Shown here piece after piece: positions 37,934 through 47,218 of a stretch of 64,000 nucleotides of DNA; the first letter of the stretch is position 1, and each line of letters begins with the position of its first letter. Where the stretch lies: assembly GCA_965224705.1 (NCBI GenBank), contig OZ245056.1, positions 2,048,001 through 2,112,000 on the forward strand. The letters run 5' to 3'. The position numbers and the translations under genes are program-made. This stretch comes from Spirochaetaceae bacterium (lineage in GTDB: Bacteria; Spirochaetota; Spirochaetia; DSM-2461). Below the pieces are notes generated by a model, which searched no databases, was not told the DNA's origin, and worked only from the letters and a program-made list of their open reading frames with translations.

Positions 37934-39649
37934 TCAAATAATAACATGCCCCCTGTTCTGTTGTTCTATCGCCGTCTTAATCTCGGCCTGCCCATTCTCG
38001 ATCCGGGCAAGACTCTGCTCTGTACTTGTCACGAGTACCTCAAACGTATGTCCACCTGAGTCTACGGGGATCGCTATACTGGTGACAATTTCCCCTGCGG
38101 TACCAGACGCTCTAACCCAGAGGGATGTACCGCCTATTGTACTGCTATTGTATCTGAAGGGACTTCCTGAATGCACCGGGTTAATGTTGTTGTCCGCATC
38201 GCTACTGTTCCAGTGAAGCGACACTTCTGTAAATCCGGTGGGAAGGATGAAGGTTCCTGTGCTGTCGCCTATCGAGTCGACGATATTTGCTGTGACCTGC
38301 CCTCCGTTTTCTTCAGTCACAGCGGCTGTTGTTCTAATTTCAGTTACAGTGTCACTGGACGATATTTCAGCCCCGTCGGCGATCAGGGAATAGTTTCCGA
38401 TATCAATGGCGCTGCCATTGAAGCTTAGAAAATTATCAACAGCCATATTGGTAGTTTCGGCCAGCCAGTGCCGGATGTAGTTATAGATATGCTGCAGGTT
38501 TCTGTTCTCCGTAACCCTGATCGTGGTACCCTCTATGGCTATGCCTGAGGAGATAATGCCCATGTCCTTATCATAGCCTTTATCTTCAAGGGCCACGCCG
38601 CCGATAGCCTTGTCTTTGAGATACTCCTGATCGGCAATATCGAAAGATGAAATGGTTTCGTTGAATTCTTCGTATCCTGCACAGCGGATACGGGTTGAGA
38701 GCGGCAGCCTGTTTGTAAGAGTCCACCCAGTGCGCGGAACGGCAATGTCCGCTGAGGGGATAGTGTCTCGGCCCTGATTCGCCCCCCGCTCCTGCTCGAC
38801 CCAGATAACATCTATATCCGGTTCGGAGCCGGGAGTAACTGTGTTATTGTAAAGGTGGTTTCCGCTCCCATCCAGAATTAAGCAATTATAGGCCGTGGGA
38901 ATCCCGATCACAGCAGGCTTAAAGGTCTTCCCAATGGAAAATTTTCGGGTCTCAGCAGGGTCCTGATCGACCCGGAGACCATGAGTAACTACAGTGTTGT
39001 AGGCCGTCAGACCGCAAGGAACTTGCTGAAGACCAAGATAGTCTGAGTGACATTTCCTGATCGTAACATCACCGGCGGCAGCTACAGCGATCCCCATACC
39101 AAAAGCCCCTGTTGATTCAACTGTGAGACCTTCACTATCGGAAGATAGGTTTCCGTTCAGCCAGAATTTGGCACAACCCTTCACCCTAACATTTTTCAAT
39201 ACCGAACCCGGGGCAATCATAGGCTCCCCCTGTCCAAGAGAAACAAAGGTGTTGTCTACGTAATTGTAGAATTCTGAATTTTCGATATGCATTGTTACGT
39301 TGTCCTGGTTCTCTGTAGCCTGGTACGCACCGATAAAGGGCCCGTTCCCGCATGATTTGAGGATAGAATTCTTGATCTCTATTCGGGCATTTCCTTCTGT
39401 ATACAGACTCCCTTCCCGTACTCCCCACCATGACGAAGTAATTGTCTTGACAAGATATCCGTTATCGTCATCACCGATCTTGAGAGTCCCACCTCGAATC
39501 TGTATAAGAGGGACAATCAGATCTTTATCTATCGTACCGGTGTTCCCGAGATTTACAAAGAGAACGCCGGACGTGTGCCGGGCAACCCCTTCAAATTCGT
39601 TGTCCAGGGTGAAGTTTGATAGATTCCCGCTGAGCGAAATATCCGGCAC
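37934..39649 (-). CDS. Putative tail spike/accessory virion protein (beta-helix-like N-terminal half)
   Basis: G/N/I/V-rich strand repeats (IEIKNSIL, MHIENSEF, LKNVRVKG); GGAGG RBS. Confidence 0.55.
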   Translation of the reverse strand: MPDISLSGNLSNFTLDNEFEGVARHTSGVLFVNLGNTGTIDKDLIVPLIQIRGGTLKIGDDDNGYLVKTITSSWWGVREGSLYTEGNARIEIKNSILKSCGNGPFIGAYQATENQDNVTMHIENSEFYNYVDNTFVSLGQGEPMIAPGSVLKNVRVKGCAKFWLNGNLSSDSEGLTVESTGAFGMGIAVAAAGDVTIRKCHSDYLGLQQVPCGLTAYNTVVTHGLRVDQDPAETRKFSIGKTFKPAVIGIPTAYNCLILDGSGNHLYNNTVTPGSEPDIDVIWVEQERGANQGRDTIPSADIAVPRTGWTLTNRLPLSTRIRCAGYEEFNETISSFDIADQEYLKDKAIGGVALEDKGYDKDMGIISSGIAIEGTTIRVTENRNLQHIYNYIRHWLAETTNMAVDNFLSFNGSAIDIGNYSLIADGAEISSSDTVTEIRTTAAVTEENGGQVTANIVDSIGDSTGTFILPTGFTEVSLHWNSSDADNNINPVHSGSPFRYNSSTIGGTSLWVRASGTAGEIVTSIAIPVDSGGHTFEVLVTSTEQSLARIENGQAEIKTAIEQQNRGHVII

Positions 39650-39652
39650 CGG

Positions 39653-40030
39653 TTATCCTCCAAGGATAAGTTTTTCTACGAAAAGGACCAGTGCCACCCC
39701 TATCGCAGAAAGCAGAACCGTAACGACAGTCCTTACTGTCGTCATTCGGGCCGTCTTAGCAGTCTCCTGCTGCCTCAGGAGAGCCTGCTCACCCGGCAGG
39801 CGTTCAAGAGCTTCGAGCCTTTCGTGGATACGTTGTCTGGAAGTTTCTCCTCTTTTCTCTGACTCTGTTATCCTGGCGATTGACGCTTCAACAGCGGCCA
39901 GACGTGTCTCTTGAGATCCAGAAATCACATGCAGTTCATCTTTAAGCTCGATGATTTTTGTTGATAAAGAGTCTATTTTTGATTCAAGTCTTGCAATTAT
40001 TTCCGCACCAGAGATTGTTAGTTCACTCAT
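39653..40030 (-). CDS. Holin-like protein (coiled coil plus C-terminal TM)
   Basis: Single C-terminal TM; lies within the lysis cassette. Confidence 0.55.
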   Translation of the reverse strand: MSELTISGAEIIARLESKIDSLSTKIIELKDELHVISGSQETRLAAVEASIARITESEKRGETSRQRIHERLEALERLPGEQALLRQQETAKTARMTTVRTVVTVLLSAIGVALVLFVEKLILGG

Positions 40031-40299
40031 GGCCCCTCCGTTTTTGCTGATACATCCGCCTTGAAGCTGATGCCTGCGTTAAGTTTAGCGTAACTGTAAT
40101 CCTGAAAGGATTTTATTCCGGCGATGCCAAGATATATCGGAACAAGTACTCCACATGCAAGGAGAGCACGATCCATTCGGTCTGTAAAAAACCCGTAAAT
40201 AATCAGAAAAAAGGCAAAAAATATGGCTATATGGGCAATAACAAATTTGCTCGATTTCCATTTTATAGAAGGACTGTTTTCCGGTTTGTTTTCTTCCAT
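40027..40299 (-). CDS. Putative holin
   Basis: KWKSSKF followed by two TM segments; 90 aa. Confidence 0.65.
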   Translation of the reverse strand: MEENKPENSPSIKWKSSKFVIAHIAIFFAFFLIIYGFFTDRMDRALLACGVLVPIYLGIAGIKSFQDYSYAKLNAGISFKADVSAKTEGP

Positions 40300-40303
40300 A
40301 AAG

Positions 40304-40735
40304 CTAAATCCTCATAAAGACCCTTCTGGACACCAATAAATCGGTATTTAGGCAAGGGTCTGGATTGTATGCCGCAATCGATTGTTCTGGCACCGCAAAA
40401 TGTATCGTTTTGTGTTGGGTTTGATATTCCCCAATGACTAGGGAAGCAAAAAGTGCAGGAGTGGACGGACCGGTCCTTTTATAGTCCCAACGCTCACCTG
40501 AGATTCTATGTGCGATCAGCTTTTTATTAACTATCCAGCATCGATACCATGGTTCGGTTGGAGGTGTTCCACTGTGTAATATGGCCCCTTCTTTTACCAA
40601 AGACACATAGAGCTCCATAATTTCCTTATGCGTTTCGTATGTGCCTGGTTTCCTGAACAGATAAATAAACGACATAAAGAAGCACCCGTAATATCTTATA
40701 TATTTTGGGAATTTATTGTGTGTTTGTAGCAGCAT
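40304..40735 (-). CDS. Papain-fold Cys peptidase (C39-like/DUF261-like), candidate endolysin
   Basis: LLQ..IRYYGCFFMS and IHF..YNPDP motifs; directly upstream of the holins. Confidence 0.55.
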   Translation of the reverse strand: MLLQTHNKFPKYIRYYGCFFMSFIYLFRKPGTYETHKEIMELYVSLVKEGAILHSGTPPTEPWYRCWIVNKKLIAHRISGERWDYKRTGPSTPALFASLVIGEYQTQHKTIHFAVPEQSIAAYNPDPCLNTDLLVSRRVFMRI

Positions 40736-40759
40736 GCCCAATCATGTAATGTGGGCGAT

Positions 40760-40784
40760 GGACAAAACTAGATAAATTATGTCA
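40760..40784 (-). promoter_or_regulatory. Candidate Mor-box late promoter (lysis operon)
   Basis: TGACATAATT-TATCT-AGTTTTGTCC, 13 nt, CATGAT. Confidence 0.7.
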
Positions 40785-40796
40785 TTTTTTACAAAC

Positions 40797-43700
40797 TTAC
40801 TGCTTGTTCCTATTCTCCCAGATGTCCAGTTCCCTGCTGGTGAGGATGGTACCGCCACCACCCACAGCCACCCACAGCCCATTGGCGTAGCGAGCATCAC
40901 GGAGGTACGCTGTCGTCCCACTGGTCCGTGCCGTCCAGCTGGTGCCATCGGTGCTGGTCAAAAGGGTGCCGTAGGAACCCACAACCACCCACAGGCCATT
41001 GCCGTAGCGAGCTTCATAGAGGTACGCCTCCGTCCCGCTGTCTCGAACCGTCCAGGTGATTCCATCAGGGCTGGTCAGGAGGGTACCGGAGTAACCCGCA
41101 ACCACCCACAGCCCATTGGCGTGGCGCACTTCATAGAGGTTCTGCGCCGTCCCGCTAACCCGCACCGTCCAGGTGATGCCATCAGGGCTGGTCAGGATGG
41201 TACCGGAGTAACCCACAATCACCCACAGCCCATTGGCGTGGCGCGCATCCCAAAGGGTCACCGTTGTCCCGCTGGCCCGCGCCGTCCAGCTGGTGCCATC
41301 GGTGCTGGTCAATATGGTGCCGGAGGAACCCACAGCCACCCACAGCCCATTGGCGTAGCGCGCATCCAAAAGGGTCACCGTTGTCCCGCTAACCCGTTTC
41401 GTCCAGCTGATGCCATCGGTACTGGTCAGGAGGGTACCGGAGTCACCGTTTATTACCCACAGCCCATTGGCGTAGCGCGCATCCAAAAGGGTCACCGTCG
41501 TCCCGCTGGCCCGCGCCGTCCAGCTGGTGCCATCGGTGCTGGTCAATATGGTGCCGGAGTCACCGTTTATTACCCACAGCCCATTGGCGTAGCGAGCATC
41601 ACGGAGGTACGCCGTCGTCCCGCTGACCCGTGCCGTCCATGTGATACCATCGGTGCTGGTCAATATGGTACCGGAGTCACCCACGGCCACCCACAGCCCA
41701 TTGCCGTAGCGCACCTCATAGAGATTCTCAATCGTCAACGGCGTAACAGTCTCCCACTCAACCCCCGCCGGGACCTTGCAGCCGCCCAGCGCAGTCAGAG
41801 ACCCCGCAAGAACCAGACTCATAATCCCGTTTTTCAGAGTGCTCTTCATTTGCATCGCTCCTCCACTAAAGATACCCAATTCCAACGCGTCCGTCTCCCC
41901 CTCTGTTATTGGCCATACGCGAAACTCCCAGTCGCCGTGCAAAACGGAGAGGCCTCGCTCCTGGAGCTGTAGGCCGGTCTGGGCACTCTGGGGGGCGTAG
42001 GGTAATTCCCCCTCTTCGATTGTCGTCACACTGGTGAGAATGGTACCGCCACTACCCACAACCACCCAGAGGCCATTGCCGTGGTACGCATCACGGAGGA
42101 CCTGTGTCGTCCCGCTGGCCCTTGCTGTCCAACTGGTGCCATCATTGCTGGTCAGGATGGTACCGTAGTAACCCACAGCCACCCACAGGCCATCGGCGTA
42201 GAGCGCATCCCAAAGGGTCACCGTTGTCCCGCTGGCCCGCGCCGTCCAGCTGGTACCATCAACACTGGTCAATATGGTGCCGGAGGAACCCACAGCCACC
42301 CACAGCCCATTGGCGTAGCGCGCATCCAAAAGGGTCACCGTTGTCCCGCTGGCCCGCGCCGTCCAGCTGGTACCATCAACACTGGTCAATATGGTGCCGG
42401 AGGAACCCACAGCCACCCACAGCCCATTGGCGTAGCGCGCATCCAAAAGGGTCACCGTTGTCCCGCTGGCCCGCGCCGTCCAGCTGGTACCATCAACACT
42501 GGTCAATATGGTGCCGGAGTAACCCACAATCACCCACAGCCCATTGGCGTAGCGCGCATCCAAAAGGGTCACCGTTGTCCCGCTGGCCCGCGCCGTCCAG
42601 CTGGTACCATCAACACTGGTCAATATGGTGCCGGAGGCACCGGTTACCACCCACAGGCCATCGGCATAGCGCACATCCCAAAGGGTCACCGTTGTCCCGC
42701 TGGCCCGCTGCGTCCAGTCAATCCCATCGGTACTGGTCAGGAGGGTACCGGAGTCACCGTTTATTACCCACAGCCCATTGGCGTAGCGCGCATCCAAAAG
42801 GGTCACCGTCGTCCCGCTGGCCCGCGCCGTCCAGCTGGTGCCATCGGTGCTGGTCAATATGGTGCCGGAGTCACCGTTTATTACCCACAGCCCATTGGCG
42901 TAGCGAGCATCACGGAGGTACGCCGTCGTCCCACTGGTCCGTGCCGTCCAGCTGGTGCCATCAAAGGGCAGGGATATCGGCCCGATCCTGCGCTCACCGA
43001 TCATAAGCGCATCGGCCAGGCCAAGGACGCCCCGACCGACGGCCACCCCGTCATCCAGTGCCATGGAATATCTTTTTGTGCCGTCCTGGTACAACTCCAG
43101 AGCCAGATCGTCGCCCCCCAACCGCATGAGCGGCTCCCAGGAACCCCCGCCCCACCTGGAGACCAACAGCTCATCATTATCCAGGTGGACAATCCTATCC
43201 CCCACCTCAGGCGCCGTCACCGATCCAGCGCCCTTGTAAGAGGTGTATCCAGTTGCCTGGCCGACAGTGAGATTATCCTTGATATTCGCGATAAGCGCGT
43301 TCAGCACGGAGACTTCGATTGTATTGGCCGTAACAGCCCCGGTGGCGATCGACCCCGCCTCCACCAGAGTCGTGACTGCTGAAGCCGAAGACATGTCGGA
43401 GACAAAATTATCAGGAGCCGCACGAGCGATGCGGCGCACCCTATAACAAAGAGTCCTGCCCACAGGATCGCCGTCTTCATCGACAGCAGGAAGAATACCT
43501 GGATGAACCAGCGTATCGCCCTGCCATGCCGTCCACTCATCCGCCGCACCCCTCCAGTCCAGACCGTCCATACGCAGAGAATGCCAGGCCGCGTTGTCAT
43601 CTGACACCTGAAGCTCATAGTGCAGGAAATTTGTCAGGTTTTGTTGTCGATTCATTCGCAAAATGATAGAGCCGTATGCCCCCTCCGCCGTCAGTTCAAC

Positions 43701-46058
43701 AGAATCCGGGATGATGGTTGCCTTTGGCACACCTTCCGGGGCATACTCCCAGCCGTCTGCCAGTTCCCTGTAAGTTGGCCTTTGCGCCGCTGATTTCAAT
43801 GCATTCCTCTTCACTGAGGCCATTTGCCGGTCTACAGGATAGGCAGGAGCTGTTATTGTCTCTTTGGGCAGAATAATACCGGGATCCCAGGGAGGGATTT
43901 CCCCGGAATCTGCATCAAAAATCTCCTGGGCATAAGGAACAAGAACAAGCGTTCCTGCATTGTCACTCTGCTGACTGATCGAGACACACTGCACCTTGAG
44001 TGCCTCCTTGCCCCGCTTGCCAATGATATATTGATTGCCTACTTCAATTTTACCAGCCTCTACCGGCGACTCGAAAGCAGCCTCATAGACAACACCGGAT
44101 TCGGCCAGGCCTGTAACTGGAAAAATCTGAACCCCATCTGATTCACCATTCATGCGAACCATAATCGAGTAACTTTCATCAGATTCCAGATAAACCGGCT
44201 CATCCAGACTCACCCCGGTAGAGTTCCCCCCCTCATCTGCGGCGATGCTCTTCACCTTTCCGCTGGACAGCCCATACAGAAACATATCGCTGGCCAGATA
44301 CCCAACGGCACCGGGGAAGGCCGAAAGATGCTCAAAATCCTGAGGAACCGTTATCTGCATAGTGCGCCGGTTGAGTTTGGCCAGCTCGAAAGCCCCGATC
44401 TTCATCGCCTGCCCAGTGCCGGTGATGCCGATCAAGCTCATTTCATCCGTGTCTTTTCCCGGCTCAACGTCAAAGCTGATGACACCATCGCCATCAATCC
44501 CAATTGTCCGGGACACCTCCTGATACCCGCTGTCTCTGTCAATCCATTTTATCGTGAGCGAATCTGGAACATCTTTGAACTTTCGGGTTAAACTCATGCC
44601 GCCTCTGGTGTTACGGGGAGTCAGTTGAAAATCTATTGACCCACTCTTTTCTTCAGTTCTTACTCCAAAGTGACCGTTATATGCATACAGAACTCCGCGG
44701 CCTGCGGCGGCAATCATCGAAGATATCTGCTCGATGGTATAATCGCCAGACACAACCGCATCGAAAGAGAACCCTTTTGCCGTACAAAACACATGCCAGG
44801 CTTCAAAGTCTTCCCAGATTATTTTACTATCTGGAACGGGATTCTTCCCCACATGCTCATCCGTCAAAAGATAAAGCATGGCGGATGCGGGATTCCGGGT
44901 CGGTCTCTTCAGCCAGCTTATCGGCCCAGTCCCGGAACCGCTATAGTCACGGCAGCTCAAACGGGCCATGACGTTGAACTTATCAACAATGCCGCTGAGC
45001 TGACTCGTCGATTTAATCTTGAGTGACACCATTTTGCATTCAGAAAGGAACCCATCAGATACCGGATCTGTATTGCCGTCAAGATCCTGAATACGGCACG
45101 TTAGAACATCCCAGTATGCAGTATCCAGATAATGCACAGCGTCTCTTCCTTCGGTTATCCGCCGCACCGTGACAGTATAAGAAGCCGGGGACAAAGAAAC
45201 CGAAAAGCGTCTGCGGACATAATCGGCATTCGCCGAAATAGAGTAATTATTATCACTGTTGTAGCCAGTTTCTGCTGAGATTTTAATATTGAACAGGACA
45301 GACGCACTGCCCTCATTGGCATCCTCGTCGTAATGGCGGAGACCCGCCGGGAACGTTATCCCTATCTCGATCTCTGTTGTCCCATCCGGCGTTGTGTGCA
45401 CAGCAGACTCGCCGGACTGCAGCTCAGAACCTATCGTCAGCTCACTGACAAGGCGGGGATACTGGAGCGTTCCGTCTGATAGGACAGCCTCATAATGAGA
45501 AAGAGGGTTGTCGCCGATCTCTGGATCGCTGTATTGCACATCCGAATACCCGAGACAGAAGAGCTGATGGTACCACTGCTCATCAGACTGGTAACTCGTG
45601 TAAGGCGTGCCGCATAAATCAGGTACGTGATAGTGCTCGCCAAAGATCAGAGGTACCCGGCCATTGGGCCTGTAGCGGTTGTTTCCTCCCCGGATGCTGG
45701 CCGCCGGATTGGGACGGTCAATCTCGCTAAACTTCTGTGCCTGCTTCTGCGCCCGTTCCGCTTCCCGCCGAAGCTCCTCGTTTTTTGCAATAGCAACACC
45801 GGCGACAACGCCAGATCCCACGGCAAGGATGCCGCCTATAATGGCAACGGCCGCAACGACGGCAGGAGCAGCTGGAACCGACACAATGGTAACAGATACC
45901 GCTGAGTCCGGGATGTCCTCGATCTTTCCGCAGGGCTTGCCATCGATAAAAATCCTATCCCCTTCCTGTGTGCGAATTTCATCTCTTTTCTGCCAGGCGA
46001 CACAGCCCATCGTCCCGGGAACGTCGATATACCTAACCTTTAACACAGTAGACCCCAT
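40797..46058 (-). CDS. Tail tip/host-specificity protein (lambda J-like) with two C-terminal 8x39-aa beta-propeller repeat blocks
   Basis: VPLIFG..H..PD, TRNPA and other J-like motifs; repeats DGTSWTARxSGTTxxLxDARYANGLWVxxGxSGTILTS. Confidence 0.9.
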   Translation of the reverse strand: MGSTVLKVRYIDVPGTMGCVAWQKRDEIRTQEGDRIFIDGKPCGKIEDIPDSAVSVTIVSVPAAPAVVAAVAIIGGILAVGSGVVAGVAIAKNEELRREAERAQKQAQKFSEIDRPNPAASIRGGNNRYRPNGRVPLIFGEHYHVPDLCGTPYTSYQSDEQWYHQLFCLGYSDVQYSDPEIGDNPLSHYEAVLSDGTLQYPRLVSELTIGSELQSGESAVHTTPDGTTEIEIGITFPAGLRHYDEDANEGSASVLFNIKISAETGYNSDNNYSISANADYVRRRFSVSLSPASYTVTVRRITEGRDAVHYLDTAYWDVLTCRIQDLDGNTDPVSDGFLSECKMVSLKIKSTSQLSGIVDKFNVMARLSCRDYSGSGTGPISWLKRPTRNPASAMLYLLTDEHVGKNPVPDSKIIWEDFEAWHVFCTAKGFSFDAVVSGDYTIEQISSMIAAAGRGVLYAYNGHFGVRTEEKSGSIDFQLTPRNTRGGMSLTRKFKDVPDSLTIKWIDRDSGYQEVSRTIGIDGDGVISFDVEPGKDTDEMSLIGITGTGQAMKIGAFELAKLNRRTMQITVPQDFEHLSAFPGAVGYLASDMFLYGLSSGKVKSIAADEGGNSTGVSLDEPVYLESDESYSIMVRMNGESDGVQIFPVTGLAESGVVYEAAFESPVEAGKIEVGNQYIIGKRGKEALKVQCVSISQQSDNAGTLVLVPYAQEIFDADSGEIPPWDPGIILPKETITAPAYPVDRQMASVKRNALKSAAQRPTYRELADGWEYAPEGVPKATIIPDSVELTAEGAYGSIILRMNRQQNLTNFLHYELQVSDDNAAWHSLRMDGLDWRGAADEWTAWQGDTLVHPGILPAVDEDGDPVGRTLCYRVRRIARAAPDNFVSDMSSASAVTTLVEAGSIATGAVTANTIEVSVLNALIANIKDNLTVGQATGYTSYKGAGSVTAPEVGDRIVHLDNDELLVSRWGGGSWEPLMRLGGDDLALELYQDGTKRYSMALDDGVAVGRGVLGLADALMIGERRIGPISLPFDGTSWTARTSGTTAYLRDARYANGLWVINGDSGTILTSTDGTSWTARASGTTVTLLDARYANGLWVINGDSGTLLTSTDGIDWTQRASGTTVTLWDVRYADGLWVVTGASGTILTSVDGTSWTARASGTTVTLLDARYANGLWVIVGYSGTILTSVDGTSWTARASGTTVTLLDARYANGLWVAVGSSGTILTSVDGTSWTARASGTTVTLLDARYANGLWVAVGSSGTILTSVDGTSWTARASGTTVTLWDALYADGLWVAVGYYGTILTSNDGTSWTARASGTTQVLRDAYHGNGLWVVVGSGGTILTSVTTIEEGELPYAPQSAQTGLQLQERGLSVLHGDWEFRVWPITEGETDALELGIFSGGAMQMKSTLKNGIMSLVLAGSLTALGGCKVPAGVEWETVTPLTIENLYEVRYGNGLWVAVGDSGTILTSTDGITWTARVSGTTAYLRDARYANGLWVINGDSGTILTSTDGTSWTARASGTTVTLLDARYANGLWVINGDSGTLLTSTDGISWTKRVSGTTVTLLDARYANGLWVAVGSSGTILTSTDGTSWTARASGTTVTLWDARHANGLWVIVGYSGTILTSPDGITWTVRVSGTAQNLYEVRHANGLWVVAGYSGTLLTSPDGITWTVRDSGTEAYLYEARYGNGLWVVVGSYGTLLTSTDGTSWTARTSGTTAYLRDARYANGLWVAVGGGGTILTSRELDIWENRNKQ
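40829..41764 (-). repeat. 117-bp tandem repeat block B (8 units)
   Basis: 39-aa period, seen directly. Confidence 0.9.
42029..42964 (-). repeat. 117-bp tandem repeat block A (8 units)
   Basis: 39-aa period; units 5 and 6 are identical. Confidence 0.9.
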
Positions 46059-46392
46059 TCACCCGCCCTTTTGCTTTATGCCAAGATAAAGAAACAACCC
46101 CGTCATAAGAGAAATGCCAGAGCAGACCATCAAGATACACGCCAACATGGCCGCGATGGCCCTGCATCGAAAAATAGACCAATGCATAATTTTGCGGAGC
46201 ATCCATCAAGTCCCATTCCGTCAAACGGAATGCCTCTGCTTCCATATCCACCCCCCTATCCAGTTCGGCAAAAAGAGGAAGATGAATATCAACATCAGCC
46301 AGCACAAGGCGGACAAAACCGTAACAATCAAGTCCAGACATATCCCGGCCCCCAAGCTTATAAGGAACCCCCACAAAAGCACTCATGTCCAT
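46033..46392 (-). CDS. NlpC/P60 tail assembly protein (lambda K-like)
   Basis: VGVPYKLGGRD..GLDCYG and HVGVY..LWH motifs. Confidence 0.9.
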   Translation of the reverse strand: MDMSAFVGVPYKLGGRDMSGLDCYGFVRLVLADVDIHLPLFAELDRGVDMEAEAFRLTEWDLMDAPQNYALVYFSMQGHRGHVGVYLDGLLWHFSYDGVVSLSWHKAKGRVNGVYCVKG

Positions 46393-46856
46393 ATAGCCGG
46401 AACTTCTCCGCTTATATACTTCTTTTGTGACGCATAATATTCCAGCGGAGAACTCACATCCAGATCTATTACGATATTTGCGGATGCCGACTCTATGGAC
46501 ACGCCTTTGACGCTGTATTCGTATGGACCGTCCAGATAATCGTCTGGAGTATCGGCAAACACCACAACGTTTCTGACAGAAATATCACTTCCAGGAGGGA
46601 GTGACTGCACCAACTCAATATACTCTCTCTGGACACCGGAAATCTTGAGCGACGCCGAACCCGCACTGCCGCCTTTTGTGGGTTTTTGCACCTCCATACC
46701 GACAGGTGAAAATGTCTCGCCACGACTTAAGACAGCCTGAGCATTGCGGCAAAGACGGATTGTTGGATCGATGGAGGCCCCGAATATCTCCACAAGATCG
46801 ACCGCCGCCCTGTCTGTATCTTGCGCGTATAAAGTTCTCCGGTCCTCTGTTTTCAC
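46383..46856 (-). CDS. Minor tail protein (DUF1833-like)
   Basis: IRLCRN..V.SRGETF and VVFADTPD..DGP motifs; synteny. Confidence 0.75.
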   Translation of the reverse strand: MKTEDRRTLYAQDTDRAAVDLVEIFGASIDPTIRLCRNAQAVLSRGETFSPVGMEVQKPTKGGSAGSASLKISGVQREYIELVQSLPPGSDISVRNVVVFADTPDDYLDGPYEYSVKGVSIESASANIVIDLDVSSPLEYYASQKKYISGEVPAIWT

Positions 46857-47218
46857 GGATCAAGCTCCAGCGTCATCTGGACATGGAAATCCTTCTCACC
46901 AGTCTGCTTGATTGTGTACGCCGAATCTTTCTGCAATTTAATCCTGGCTGTACGATTGGTTCCAGCAACAAAATCATGCCAGACGAATGGAAGGACTCCC
47001 CCGCCCAGGTCGTTGTCCACAAAGTTTCTAAACACGATAATTTGAGAGGCTGTCAGGTGGAGCGTGCCGCTTACAGAATCCGGGCTGACTGTTGATCGCC
47101 GCCGCCTTTTAGACGGCCCAAGCTCCATCTCGCTTTCGATAATGGAAGCGCCCCTTTTCCAGTTCCATGATGTAAGAGAAAAAGACGGCAGCCCATCTGG
47201 CCACATAGCAATGCTCAC
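46853..47218 (-). CDS. Minor tail (distal tail-like) protein
   Basis: WPDGLP..ESEMELGPSKRRRRST..F..F...L.GG..PF.W pattern. Confidence 0.8.
   Translation of the reverse strand: MSIAMWPDGLPSFSLTSWNWKRGASIIESEMELGPSKRRRRSTVSPDSVSGTLHLTASQIIVFRNFVDNDLGGGVLPFVWHDFVAGTNRTARIKLQKDSAYTIKQTGEKDFHVQMTLELDP

Noticed and set aside
40829..42964. Possible CRISPR array or DGR template/variable repeat pair
   Set aside because: Repeats are in-frame coding units without unique spacers, differences are not confined to adenines, and there is no cas or RT gene in the window.
40779..43382. Long repetitive plus-strand ORFs (397, 433 and 300 aa)
   Set aside because: Reverse-frame read-outs of the 117-bp tail repeats.
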